This document shows positions 19,246-28,612 of a DNA stretch of 64,000 bases, piece by piece. The notes beneath the pieces were generated by a model, which saw only the letters and a list, made by a program, of their open reading frames with translations, did no database searches and was not told where the DNA came from. Within the stretch, counting starts at the first letter, position 1. Each line of letters begins with the position of its first letter. Source of the DNA: a virus. Location: IMG/VR virus record IMGVR_UViG_3300044675_005584, positions 23,686-87,685 of that record; one strand, 5' to 3'. The position numbers and the translations under genes are program-made.

Positions 19246-19620
19246 ATGGCATATTCTGAAGCAGTGATTAGACATTATGAAAATCCGTCTAATGTAGGCA
19301 AAATGGACTCGTCTGATATTGATGTAGGCACAGGGCTTGTAGGAGCTCCAGCATGCGGAGACGTGTTGCGTTTACAGATCAAAGTAGAAGATGGGATTAT
19401 CACAGATGCAAAGTTTAAAACGTATGGCTGTGGTTCGGCGATTGCGTCGAGTTCGCTTATCACCGAGTGGGTTAAAGGCAAAACTCTGGATCAAGCAGGA
19501 GAAATCAAGAACAGTCAGATCGCCCAGGAACTTGCGCTACCACCTGTCAAGATCCATTGTAGCATCCTTGCGGAAGATGCCATAAAAGCTGCCATAGCAG
19601 ATTACAGAGAAAAGCATTGA
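19246..19620 (+). CDS. iscU: Fe-S cluster scaffold IscU
   Basis: GAPACGDV, FKTYGCGSAIASSS, LPPVKIHCSILAEDAI. Confidence 0.97.
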   Translation: MAYSEAVIRHYENPSNVGKMDSSDIDVGTGLVGAPACGDVLRLQIKVEDGIITDAKFKTYGCGSAIASSSLITEWVKGKTLDQAGEIKNSQIAQELALPPVKIHCSILAEDAIKAAIADYREKH

Positions 19621-19937
19621 TCCACGTCACACCCAAAGCCGCAGGTAAAATTGCTACCAGCCTTGACCGTAGAGGCCACGGCATTGGTATAAGACTTGGA
19701 GTAAGAACTACCGGTTGCTCGGGCTTGGCCTATGTGTTAGAATACGTAGACGGCACAGCAGAATCTGATATTGTATTTGAATCAGAAGGTTTTAAAATTG
19801 TAGTAGATCCCAAAGACTTTCCTATCCTGGATGAACTGCTGGTAGACTATGTTCGTGCAGGCCTTAATGAAGGCTTTGAATTTGTCAATCCTCAAGAAAA
19901 AGATCGTTGCGGTTGCGGCGAATCATTCAGAATATAA
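19617..19937 (+). CDS. iscA: A-type Fe-S carrier IscA
   Basis: TTGCSGLAY and C-terminal CGCGESF; TTG start overlaps the iscU stop. Confidence 0.95.
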   Translation: MIHVTPKAAGKIATSLDRRGHGIGIRLGVRTTGCSGLAYVLEYVDGTAESDIVFESEGFKIVVDPKDFPILDELLVDYVRAGLNEGFEFVNPQEKDRCGCGESFRI

Positions 19938-19940
19938 AAC

Positions 19941-20660
19941 GTGTTTAATCCAAAATTTGATTACAAACCCATACCCAGGGAAACAGTAGACGGCCGTAGA
20001 CTGTACGCCACACCAGATGGCAAAAAATTGCCCAGCGTGACCACAATACTAGAAGCTACCAAGCCTGAAGAAAAAAAGCAGGCTCTGCAAAACTGGCGTA
20101 ACCGTGTGGGACATGCGCAGGCACAGGCCATCACCACAGAAGCAGCCAATCGTGGAACCAGAATGCACAAGTATCTGGAAGACTATACCAAGACCGGGCA
20201 GATTGCCGAAGCCGGTAGTAATCCTTACAGCCGACAAAGTCATGTCATGGCACAGACCGTGATTGATCATGGACTGTGTAATGTTACAGAATTTTGGGGC
20301 TATGAAGTTCCCTTGTATTTTCCAGGAATCTATGCAGGAACCACAGATGCCGCTGGGGTGCATCTCAATGAACAAAGCATCTTGGACTACAAACAGACCA
20401 ACAAGCCCAAACGGCGCGACTGGATCGATGATTATTTCCTACAGTTATGCGCTTACGCCGAAGCACACAATGAAGTACATGGTACCACAATCCAAAAAGG
20501 TGTGGTTTTGATGTGCGTCAAACCTGAAATGGACGATTCCGGCAACATTGTTGGACAGCCTGAATATCAAGAATTTGTAATATCCGGTGCAGAATTTGAA
20601 CAGTATCGCCAACAATGGTGGCAACGTGTAGAGCAGTATTATCTGCTAAATACACCATAG
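19941..20660 (+). CDS. PD-(D/E)XK exonuclease (Cas4/RecB/MGME1-like)
   Basis: PSVTTIL, RGTRMH, E...AGTTD...DYKQ, QLCAYA. Confidence 0.85.
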   Translation: MFNPKFDYKPIPRETVDGRRLYATPDGKKLPSVTTILEATKPEEKKQALQNWRNRVGHAQAQAITTEAANRGTRMHKYLEDYTKTGQIAEAGSNPYSRQSHVMAQTVIDHGLCNVTEFWGYEVPLYFPGIYAGTTDAAGVHLNEQSILDYKQTNKPKRRDWIDDYFLQLCAYAEAHNEVHGTTIQKGVVLMCVKPEMDDSGNIVGQPEYQEFVISGAEFEQYRQQWWQRVEQYYLLNTP

Positions 20661-20676
20661 ACACAAAGGACAACAA

Positions 20677-21171
20677 ATGGCTATTGTACAGATCAGTCAG
20701 ATCACCAATCGTAAAGGACTACAATCAAATCTACCGCAACTGGCCGGTGCAGAATTTGGCTGGAGCACAGACACACGTCAACTATACATAGGAAACGGCA
20801 CACTGCAAGATGGTGCGCCTGTTATTGGTAATACTGAGATACTGACTGAATTTAGTGTAATTCCCGCGCCTGTGCCAGAAACTGTGACACTTATAGCAAA
20901 CACTGTGTCCAGCACTACAGCTTTCTCTTTGGTGGCCAATGCTGTGGTATTTTCATACACTATCATCCGTGATACTGCTTATCGTGCAGGCACCATTACC
21001 ATAGCGGCGGATGGTGCAGGTGTTTTGGCCTACAATGATGCCAACGTGCAAAACGCCACAACCGGCATTGTGTTAAGTGCCGTTACTTCTGGTTCCTTGA
21101 TTGAAGTACGATATACCAGCACTGCTGGATCAACTGCTCAATTGAGCTACATTGTAACAATTTCGGCCTGA
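20677..21171 (+). CDS. Virion fibre-like protein with Mtd_N-type N-terminus
   Basis: PQLAGAEFGWSTDTRQLYIGNG; TAAATA at 20647. Confidence 0.6.
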   Translation: MAIVQISQITNRKGLQSNLPQLAGAEFGWSTDTRQLYIGNGTLQDGAPVIGNTEILTEFSVIPAPVPETVTLIANTVSSTTAFSLVANAVVFSYTIIRDTAYRAGTITIAADGAGVLAYNDANVQNATTGIVLSAVTSGSLIEVRYTSTAGSTAQLSYIVTISA

Positions 21172-21596
21172 TGTGGGCCAAGACCTTTGCTGGCCGGCTG
21201 GAAAGCTGGTACAGCATGCGGCAACAGTGCCACAATTTACCGGTTGAATCAGTATTGTTACTCATCAACTCTTGGTGGTCCACAACCCCCTGGCAACCCT
21301 ATTACCTTGACTGGCTTGATCTGGCAACATGGCCAGATCCCTGGCAACTTTTGAACGACAATGTCTACTGCGATCTTGCAAGAGCACTGGGAATCCTGTA
21401 TACTATAAGTTTGCTGGACCGTGCAGATTTGACGGATGCAACCTTGGTTTTGTCACAAGATGGACATAATTTAGTCATGGTCGACAAATCAAAATATATA
21501 CTTAATTGGAACCCCGATACTGTTGTAAATACCAGCCAGACAATAGAAATACATCGGCAGTTATCACAAAGCCAAATAAAACAGCAGTACAATTAA
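21171..21596 (+). CDS. Transglutaminase-like (BTLCP-type) protein
   Basis: WPDPWQLL...YCDLARAL...HNLVMVD..YILNW, a possible Cys-His-Asn triad. Confidence 0.4.
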   Translation: MWAKTFAGRLESWYSMRQQCHNLPVESVLLLINSWWSTTPWQPYYLDWLDLATWPDPWQLLNDNVYCDLARALGILYTISLLDRADLTDATLVLSQDGHNLVMVDKSKYILNWNPDTVVNTSQTIEIHRQLSQSQIKQQYN

Positions 21597-21610
21597 AAAC
21601 GAAGGTAGCA

Positions 21611-23932
21611 ATGACCCAAATTACAGTAGTCAAAAGAAGTGGCCAAAGAGAGTCACTGGATCTAGAAAAATGGCAGGCACAAATAGCCAAGGTCTGTAGC
21701 GGTACAGCTGATGTCAGTCAGAGCATGATCGAGATCAAGAGCCAGTTGCATTTTTATGATGGTATCACCACAAAAGAAATTGACGGTATCACATTAAGAT
21801 CTTGCGTGGATCTTATTGATGTAGAAACCAATCCCGAAGTGGGCCACACCAACTATCAGTATGTGGCCGGTAAGCAGAGACTCAGCATGTTGAGAAAAGA
21901 CGTTTATGGATCATATGATCCTCCCCACCTGTATGAAATTGTCAAACGCAATGTGGCCACTGGCCTGTACACACCCGAGTTGTTGGAATGGTACACGGAA
22001 GATGATTGGAATCGCATGGAAGACATCATTGATCATGACCGTGACGAATTGTATTCGTATGCAGCCATCGAACAGTTGATTGAAAAGTATCTGGTCAAGA
22101 ACAGAGCCACAAAAGAAATTTATGAAACACCACAGGTCAGGTACATAATCGCGGCTGCCACAGTGTTCCATCGAGAAGAACCCAACAACGCAAGAATGCG
22201 TTATATCAAAGAATATTATAACTGTGCCAGTGATGGACTATTCACTCTTGCCACACCTGTGTTGGCTGGTCTTGGTACTCCTACCAAACAGTTTAGTAGT
22301 TGTGTGCTTATTCGATCAGATGATGACCTAGACAGTATCTTTGCTTCAGGTGAGATGATGGCCAAGTATGCCAGCAAGCGAGCTGGTATTGGATTGGAGA
22401 TTGGTCGACTGAGACCACTAGGCAGTCCCATCCGTGGTGGAGAAATCATGCATACTGGTATGATTCCATTCTTGAAAAAATGGTTTGGTGATCTAAGAAG
22501 TTGCAGTCAAGGAGGTATTCGTAATGCAAGTGCTACAGTTTTTTATCCTATTTGGCATCATCAGTTTGATGATCTTATTGTGCTCAAGAATAACCAAGGC
22601 ACAGAAGAAACCCGAGTCCGTCATATGGATTATGGGGTTGTGCTTAGTGCTTTCTTCTGGAGACGATTCAAGAACAAAGAAAACATAACATTCTTTGATC
22701 CAAACGAAGTGCCCGATTTGTATGAAGCATTTTACAAAGACACTCCGCGGTTTGAAGAACTGTATGTCAAGTATGAAAAGCGTAAGGATCTACGAACCAA
22801 GACCATGGCCGCTGAAGATGTGTTCAAAGGTGGCATACTTAAAGAACGCACAGACACAGGCCGTATCTATCTTGTGTTCATTGATAACGTACAAAATCAA
22901 GGACCGTTTGATCCTGAGTATCATACCATATACCAAAGTAATCTGTGCTGTGAGATTTTGCTTCCCACCAAGAGTTTCAAAAGATTAGACGATGAATCAG
23001 GTCGTATCGCATTGTGTACTTTAGGATCGATCAACTGGGGAGCATTCCGTAATCCCGAAGACATGCGCCGTGCTTGCCGTATCCTACAGCGCAGCCTATG
23101 TAACATCTTAGACTACCAAGACTTTTTAAGCATACAAAGCAAATTAAGCAATGATGAAATACAACCTCTGGGCATTGGCATTACCAATCTTGCATATTGG
23201 CATGCCAAGCGCAGTTTGCACTACGGAGAAAAAGATGCCCTAGCTGAAGTCAAGAGCTGGATGGAACATCAGGCATTTTACTTGACAGAAGCCACAGTAG
23301 AACTGGCTAAAGAACGTGGTGCCTGCCTACACAGTGAGCACACACGCTATGGTAAGGGCGAGTTTCCTTGGGAACGTCGTGCCGCAGCAGTAAATGAATT
23401 GACCAGTTTTGAACCTGAACTGGACTGGGAGACACTACGGACCAACATGAAGCAGTATGGTGTTCGTAATGCTACTCTAATGGCAATAGCACCTGTTGAG
23501 TCAAGCTCGGTCGTAATCAACAGTACCAATGGTATCGAAATGCCCATGAGCTTGATCACAGTCAAAGAAAGCAAGGCTGGAAGTTTAATACAGGTAGCAC
23601 CCGAATACAACAAACTCAAGAACCGTTATCAACTCATGTGGGAACAACGTGATTGCGATGGCTATCTTAAAACTGCTGCGGTTTTAGCTGCTTATGTCGA
23701 TCAAAGCATAAGTACTAATACATTCTATTCGCCAAAGCATTTTCCAGATCGTAAAATACCATCGACCTTAATTGCTAAGAATTTAATGATGGCACATCGT
23801 TGGGGTTTAAAAACCTTCTACTACTCTCTAATAGATAAGCAAGGTAGTAAATCTGATAAGTCAGACGATGTACCGGCCTTAGAAGCAATAGATTTTGATA
23901 ATGAAGAGGATTGCCTGGCTTGTAAATTATGA
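21611..23932 (+). CDS. nrdA: Ribonucleotide reductase class Ia alpha subunit
   Basis: ATP-cone VVKRSG, TPVLAG, SSCVL, SNLCCEIL, KTFYY, C-terminal CLAC; start at 21611 after an SD. Confidence 0.97.
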   Translation: MTQITVVKRSGQRESLDLEKWQAQIAKVCSGTADVSQSMIEIKSQLHFYDGITTKEIDGITLRSCVDLIDVETNPEVGHTNYQYVAGKQRLSMLRKDVYGSYDPPHLYEIVKRNVATGLYTPELLEWYTEDDWNRMEDIIDHDRDELYSYAAIEQLIEKYLVKNRATKEIYETPQVRYIIAAATVFHREEPNNARMRYIKEYYNCASDGLFTLATPVLAGLGTPTKQFSSCVLIRSDDDLDSIFASGEMMAKYASKRAGIGLEIGRLRPLGSPIRGGEIMHTGMIPFLKKWFGDLRSCSQGGIRNASATVFYPIWHHQFDDLIVLKNNQGTEETRVRHMDYGVVLSAFFWRRFKNKENITFFDPNEVPDLYEAFYKDTPRFEELYVKYEKRKDLRTKTMAAEDVFKGGILKERTDTGRIYLVFIDNVQNQGPFDPEYHTIYQSNLCCEILLPTKSFKRLDDESGRIALCTLGSINWGAFRNPEDMRRACRILQRSLCNILDYQDFLSIQSKLSNDEIQPLGIGITNLAYWHAKRSLHYGEKDALAEVKSWMEHQAFYLTEATVELAKERGACLHSEHTRYGKGEFPWERRAAAVNELTSFEPELDWETLRTNMKQYGVRNATLMAIAPVESSSVVINSTNGIEMPMSLITVKESKAGSLIQVAPEYNKLKNRYQLMWEQRDCDGYLKTAAVLAAYVDQSISTNTFYSPKHFPDRKIPSTLIAKNLMMAHRWGLKTFYYSLIDKQGSKSDKSDDVPALEAIDFDNEEDCLACKL

Positions 23933-24612
23933 ACTATCAAAAGATTTACATTAATTTAATGGACCGTGCCCAAGGTAGGGTCAGTCAAGGCTATGTTGAA
24001 AAACATCACATAGTTCCTCGTTGCCTTGGTGGTACCGACATCAAAGAAAATATTGTAAGTCTTTATCCCGAAGAACATTATCTTGCTCACATGTTGTTGT
24101 GTAAGTTAAACAAAGGTAACTCAAGGTTATTGTATGCCGCAATGAATATGACATCGGGTTCAATGATCAACAACGGTAAGAGAAATAACAAAGCCTATGG
24201 ATGGCTTCGTAGACAGTATGCCGAATCAATGTCGGGCGATAATAACCCTGCTCGTCGCATCCCTAATTTACAAAAAGAAGCCGCCAAGAAACGAGTAGGA
24301 CAAAAGAGATCAGAAGAAACCAAAGTGAGAATGTCAGCGGCACAAAAAGGTAGAACATTTACAGAAGAAACAAAACGCAACATGGCAGAAGCAGCCAAGA
24401 ATCGTCCACCTATCAGCGAAGAAACAAGACAGCGGTTAAAGAAACGGGCTCCAAATAAAGGTATGCTTGGCCAGACAATGTCAGAAGAAACACGAGCTAA
24501 AATGTCAGTATCGCAACAAGGTAAAAAAATGTCTGAAGAAGCAAAAGCAAAGATGAGAATTGCGGCAAAAATTAGAGAAGAAAATAAACGCAAAATAAAA
24601 GAAGAATCATGA
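23929..24612 (+). mobile_element. Free-standing HNH homing endonuclease with NUMOD3 repeats
   Basis: EKHHIVPRCLGG...EEHYLAH; repeated SEETKxKMS; lies between nrdA and nrdB like T4 mobE. Confidence 0.88.
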
Positions 24613-24619
24613 GTCAAGC

Positions 24620-25549
24620 ATGATGAATTTCCTAAACAGGATTGACTGGCACAATCACGATGGTGTTAATCTTGGCATGATCAATGACTTTGTGCGAAAT
24701 CAATTCTATGACAGGATCCTTTCTCGTTATGTTACTGATCAACATTGTACTGACATTGGATTTGGCACAGGGTTGTTGACAATGTTGGCATTAAAACATG
24801 GCGCCAAACATGTTCAAGCATTTGAAAGTGATCTGGATCGATTTCAGTTGGGTTGTGAAATAATCAAGCAACTAGGTTTAAACGATCGAGTTGAACTGTT
24901 CAACGAACGATACGATCACGACTACCAGCCCAGACCAATCACATTTACAGAAACTGTGAATGGCAATTTATGGTGGGAAGGCTTGTGGAACAGCTTGCCA
25001 CGCAATAATGAAACTGTATTTTTGCCAGGCTCGTATTTTTTAGAACTATGGGCCATAGAGGTACCTGAAAGTTTTGCTCGTGGACTTTGTAGGCCTGGTC
25101 AAAGCCAGAATTGTTTTAATCCTGGTGTTGAGGTTGATCAAGCATTTGTATCAGTTGTCAATTCATTGGCAGGAAAAATCAGCTCAGTTGACTTGCCGTT
25201 GACGTCTGGTATCATGAACTTTGAACGACAGCAAGAAACTGATTGGGGCTGGGTTCCTTATTTACGAGCAGTTCAAACAGGATCAGTTGTTGCCAGTTAT
25301 TCTGCCAAGCATTGGAATGAGAACACGGAATCTTTTGTGCTTGATGTACCAACCGACCATTGGAAAAACAGCACAGTATTAATTGTGCCACGCATGGGTA
25401 TGCAACAAGATACTGACAAACTTTACCTGGACACCGGTCATTGGGGACCAGGCGAAGACCCTATTTTACTAGTCAAGCCGCAAGCAAGTCTAGTTGTTGC
25501 GCATCATGTGCGCAACGGAACAATTACATACTCACTGGATACTAAATGA
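24620..25549 (+). CDS. Class I SAM-dependent methyltransferase (PRMT-like motif order)
   Basis: MINDFVRNQFY, DIGFGTGLL, HVQAFE, ETVNGNLWWEG. Confidence 0.75.
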   Translation: MMNFLNRIDWHNHDGVNLGMINDFVRNQFYDRILSRYVTDQHCTDIGFGTGLLTMLALKHGAKHVQAFESDLDRFQLGCEIIKQLGLNDRVELFNERYDHDYQPRPITFTETVNGNLWWEGLWNSLPRNNETVFLPGSYFLELWAIEVPESFARGLCRPGQSQNCFNPGVEVDQAFVSVVNSLAGKISSVDLPLTSGIMNFERQQETDWGWVPYLRAVQTGSVVASYSAKHWNENTESFVLDVPTDHWKNSTVLIVPRMGMQQDTDKLYLDTGHWGPGEDPILLVKPQASLVVAHHVRNGTITYSLDTK

Positions 25550-26655
25550 GCCAATACAAACAACTAAAAGAATTTTCAGTAGTCTACACCAATCGAAGTC
25601 TCAATCACATGAGCGACGAATTTGTGGATGTCATGCAAGATATCAGTCGACTGCTTAAAACTGTATACAACACTAGCAGTGCTGTGATAGTGCCAGGATC
25701 AGGAACATTTGGTATGGAGGCAGTGGCACGTCAGTTTGCCAATCAGGCTCGAGTCTTGATCATACGCAACGGATTTTTCAGCTATCGCTGGACAGAAATA
25801 TTTGACATGGCGGCAATTACCGACGATGTCACCGTGATGAACGGACAGGCCAGCAGTGATCAATACCAGGCACAATATTCACCTCCGCCAATACAAGATG
25901 TAGTTGATTGGATACAGACCAATAGACCTGCTGTGGTATTTGCACCACATGTGGAAACCAGTGCTGGTATCATTTTGCCCGATGACTATCTGGTCCAGAT
26001 TGGCCAGGCATGTAGAGCAGTTGATGCCTTGTTTGTGTTGGACTGTATTGCATCTGGAGCAGCCTGGGTAGACATGTCCGCCTGTGCAGTTGATGTGTTG
26101 ATTTCAGCACCGCAAAAAGGCTGGAGTAGCACGCCTTGTTGTGCCTTGGTAGCCATGAATGATCGTGCTAGAACTGTAATCGACAGCACAACCAGCAGTA
26201 CCTATAGCATGGATCTCAAAAAATGGCTCACTGTGATGGAAACCTACGAACAAGGTCGATTTATCTATCATACCACCATGGCCACAGATGGCTTGAAGGA
26301 ACTGCGTGATACCATGCTTGAAACTGAACAGTTGGGTTTTGATTTGCTTAAACAGCAACAGTACCAGCTGGGTCAACGCATACACGAACTGTTGCAATCG
26401 TATGGATATCCGCGAGTGGCCGAAGATGCATTCTGCTCCCCTGGTGTGATAGTGTGTTATACTACAGACAGTAACATACAAAACGCCACCAAGTTTCGTG
26501 AGCTGGGTTATCAAACTGCAGCAGGTGTACCACTCAAGGTAGGCGAGCGTACAGATTTCCAAACATTCCGTATTGGTCTGTTTGGCATAGACAAATGGAC
26601 AAACATCGATCACACGGTCGATAGCCTGAAACAGGCACTGGAACAATTAAAATAA
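25546..26655 (+). CDS. Class V PLP aminotransferase (serine-pyruvate/alanine-glyoxylate type)
   Basis: PGSGTFGMEAV, HVETSAG, LDCIASG, SAPQKGW (PLP lysine), FRIGLFG. Confidence 0.9.
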   Translation: MSQYKQLKEFSVVYTNRSLNHMSDEFVDVMQDISRLLKTVYNTSSAVIVPGSGTFGMEAVARQFANQARVLIIRNGFFSYRWTEIFDMAAITDDVTVMNGQASSDQYQAQYSPPPIQDVVDWIQTNRPAVVFAPHVETSAGIILPDDYLVQIGQACRAVDALFVLDCIASGAAWVDMSACAVDVLISAPQKGWSSTPCCALVAMNDRARTVIDSTTSSTYSMDLKKWLTVMETYEQGRFIYHTTMATDGLKELRDTMLETEQLGFDLLKQQQYQLGQRIHELLQSYGYPRVAEDAFCSPGVIVCYTTDSNIQNATKFRELGYQTAAGVPLKVGERTDFQTFRIGLFGIDKWTNIDHTVDSLKQALEQLK

Positions 26656-26667
26656 GAAAGAAAAATC

Positions 26668-27768
26668 ATGAGCCAAGCACAATACAATTTAAAGACCCCT
26701 ACGAATTACACACAAAGAAAAATGTTCCTGGACCCTGCTGGTCCTGTGACCATACAGCGATTTGAAGAAGTCAAATACAACAAGATAGTCAAGTTTGAAC
26801 AAGAAGCCCGTGGATTTTTCTGGGTGCCTGAAGAAGTAAGTCTTACCAAGGATGCCAACGACTTCAAAGAAGCCACTGACACAGTGCGTCATATCTTCAC
26901 AAGCAATCTGCTAAGACAGACAGCTCTTGATAGTTTACAAGGACGTGGACCTACACAGGTGTTTACTCCTGTAGTGTCAATTCCTGAACTAGAATCGCTC
27001 ATGTTCAATTGGGGTTTCTTTGAAACCAATATCCATAGTAGAAGCTACAGTCATATCATACGCAACATCTACAATGTGCCTAAGGATGAATTTAATAGGA
27101 TACACGACATTGAGGAAATCGTAGGCATGGCAAGTAGTATTGGTCGCTATTATGATCGGCTACACATGATCAACTGCCGCAAAGAACTTGAAGAAGATTT
27201 TGATGAGTATGAACACATCAAGGCCATCTGGTTGGCACTCAATGCCAGCTACGGTCTTGAAGCATTTAGATTTATGGTGTCATTTGCTACAAGTTTAGCT
27301 ATGGTAGAGAATCGTATTTTCATTGGCAATGGCAACATTATCAGCCTGATTCTACAAGATGAAATCTTGCACAAGGATTGGACAGCCTGGATTATCAATC
27401 AAGTGGTCAAGGAAGATCCGCGTTTTGCCCAAGCTCGGATTGACTGTGAAGAAGAAGTGTATGAGATGTATGCTGATGTGATCCGCGAAGAAAAAGACTG
27501 GGCCACCTACCTGTTCAAGAAAGGACCTGTGATTGGACTCAATGCCAACATACTCAGAGACTTTGTGGACTTTACCGCAGTGGGTGCCCTGAAAGAAATT
27601 GGTATCAAGTATCGTGGTACTGCACCTCGTAGCACACCAGTTCCGTGGTTCATGAAACACGTGAACACCAGCAACAAACAGACAGCGTTACAAGAGTCAG
27701 AAAGCACCAACTATGTTATTGGTGTCATGTCAGATAGTCTTGACTACGACCAACTGCCTGCGTTATAA
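26668..27768 (+). CDS. nrdB: Ribonucleotide reductase class Ia beta subunit
   Basis: FWVPEEV, LDSLQGR, ETNIHSRSY, LEAFRF, DEILH. Confidence 0.97.
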   Translation: MSQAQYNLKTPTNYTQRKMFLDPAGPVTIQRFEEVKYNKIVKFEQEARGFFWVPEEVSLTKDANDFKEATDTVRHIFTSNLLRQTALDSLQGRGPTQVFTPVVSIPELESLMFNWGFFETNIHSRSYSHIIRNIYNVPKDEFNRIHDIEEIVGMASSIGRYYDRLHMINCRKELEEDFDEYEHIKAIWLALNASYGLEAFRFMVSFATSLAMVENRIFIGNGNIISLILQDEILHKDWTAWIINQVVKEDPRFAQARIDCEEEVYEMYADVIREEKDWATYLFKKGPVIGLNANILRDFVDFTAVGALKEIGIKYRGTAPRSTPVPWFMKHVNTSNKQTALQESESTNYVIGVMSDSLDYDQLPAL

Positions 27769-27787
27769 TTAAAAGAAGGAGAATTTT

Positions 27788-28009
27788 ATGAAAGCCATAG
27801 TTTGGAGCAAGTACCATTGCCCTTATTGTGATCAGGCCCGAGCATTACTGACACAACACGGTATTGAGTTTGAAGAACGCAAGATCGGAGATGGCTATAC
27901 CCGTGAAGATTTATTGGCTGCTGTGCCCACAGCAAGAACCGTGCCACAGATATTCTTGGATGATGTGTTAATCGGTGGATTTACAGAATTACGAGATCAT
28001 TTACAATAG
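27788..28009 (+). CDS. Glutaredoxin
   Basis: CPYC, TVPQIF, IGGF. Confidence 0.95.
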   Translation: MKAIVWSKYHCPYCDQARALLTQHGIEFEERKIGDGYTREDLLAAVPTARTVPQIFLDDVLIGGFTELRDHLQ

Positions 28010-28016
28010 GAACCCA

Positions 28017-28316
28017 ATGACAATAGAATTAGACCGAGTATACACAATCAAGATCGCCAACGGCGATGAAATAGTTGCTAAAATCACAGCAGAAGACGAT
28101 GCCACATATACTGCCCTTAAACCCTTGACAGTAGTGCCCAGCCAACAAGGTATACAGATGATCATAAGCCTGTTTACCGCAGATCCTGAGAAATCTATCA
28201 CTATAAATAAAGCACAAGTATCAATTATTGCTGCCAGTAGACTGGAAGTATGCGATAGTTATCTTGAAGCAACAACTGGTATCAAACCAGTTCGCAATAA
28301 AATTTTAATGGGCTAA
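28017..28316 (+). CDS. Hypothetical protein, Sm-like fold
   Basis: TIKIANGDEIVAK...KPL...Y pattern typical of T4-like Sm-fold ORFs. Confidence 0.55.
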   Translation: MTIELDRVYTIKIANGDEIVAKITAEDDATYTALKPLTVVPSQQGIQMIISLFTADPEKSITINKAQVSIIAASRLEVCDSYLEATTGIKPVRNKILMG

Positions 28317-28318
28317 AC

Positions 28319-28609
28319 GTGGGCAAGGCAGTTATGCGAGTAGGAGATCCAAACGCAGCAGGTGGAGTGATATTGCAGGGTGATTCCTCTGTGCTGGTAA
28401 ATGGTCGTGCGATAGCATTCACAAATAGTCCGGTAAGTCCCCATCCTCCATGTGGACGCAAGGGCGGACAAGCACATTGTTCGGCTCGCACATCCGGCAC
28501 TGGTTCACCCAATATCATGGTCAACGGCAAGCCAGTGTTGCTGGCAGACAGCACTGACACTTGCGGACACAAACGCTCAAGTGGATCAAACAATGTTTCA
28601 GCAGGATAA
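28319..28609 (+). CDS. PAAR-domain spike-tip protein (gp5.4-like)
   Basis: AVMRVGD, VLVNGRAIA, MVNGKPV, DTCGH. Confidence 0.88.
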   Translation: MGKAVMRVGDPNAAGGVILQGDSSVLVNGRAIAFTNSPVSPHPPCGRKGGQAHCSARTSGTGSPNIMVNGKPVLLADSTDTCGHKRSSGSNNVSAG

Positions 28610-28612
28610 TTA

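Noticed and set aside
19941-20660. Cas4-like nuclease as evidence of a CRISPR-Cas system
   Set aside because: No repeat-spacer array or other cas genes seen, and no Fe-S cysteine set; solo PD-(D/E)XK exonucleases are common in T4-like phages
20677-21171. Diversity-generating retroelement target because of the Mtd_N-like start
   Set aside because: No reverse transcriptase and no template/variable repeat pair seen in the window
21506-21610. N-terminal extensions given in the ORF track (nrdA, and likewise 7534, 31856, 38121, 39682, 41226, 43717)
   Set aside because: Downstream ATGs have better SD or promoter context and match family N-termini; the extensions overlap upstream genes
23929-24612. 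HNH gene as part of a group I intron in nrdA or nrdB
   Set aside because: nrdA and nrdB are each uninterrupted with intact termini, so the endonuclease is free-standing
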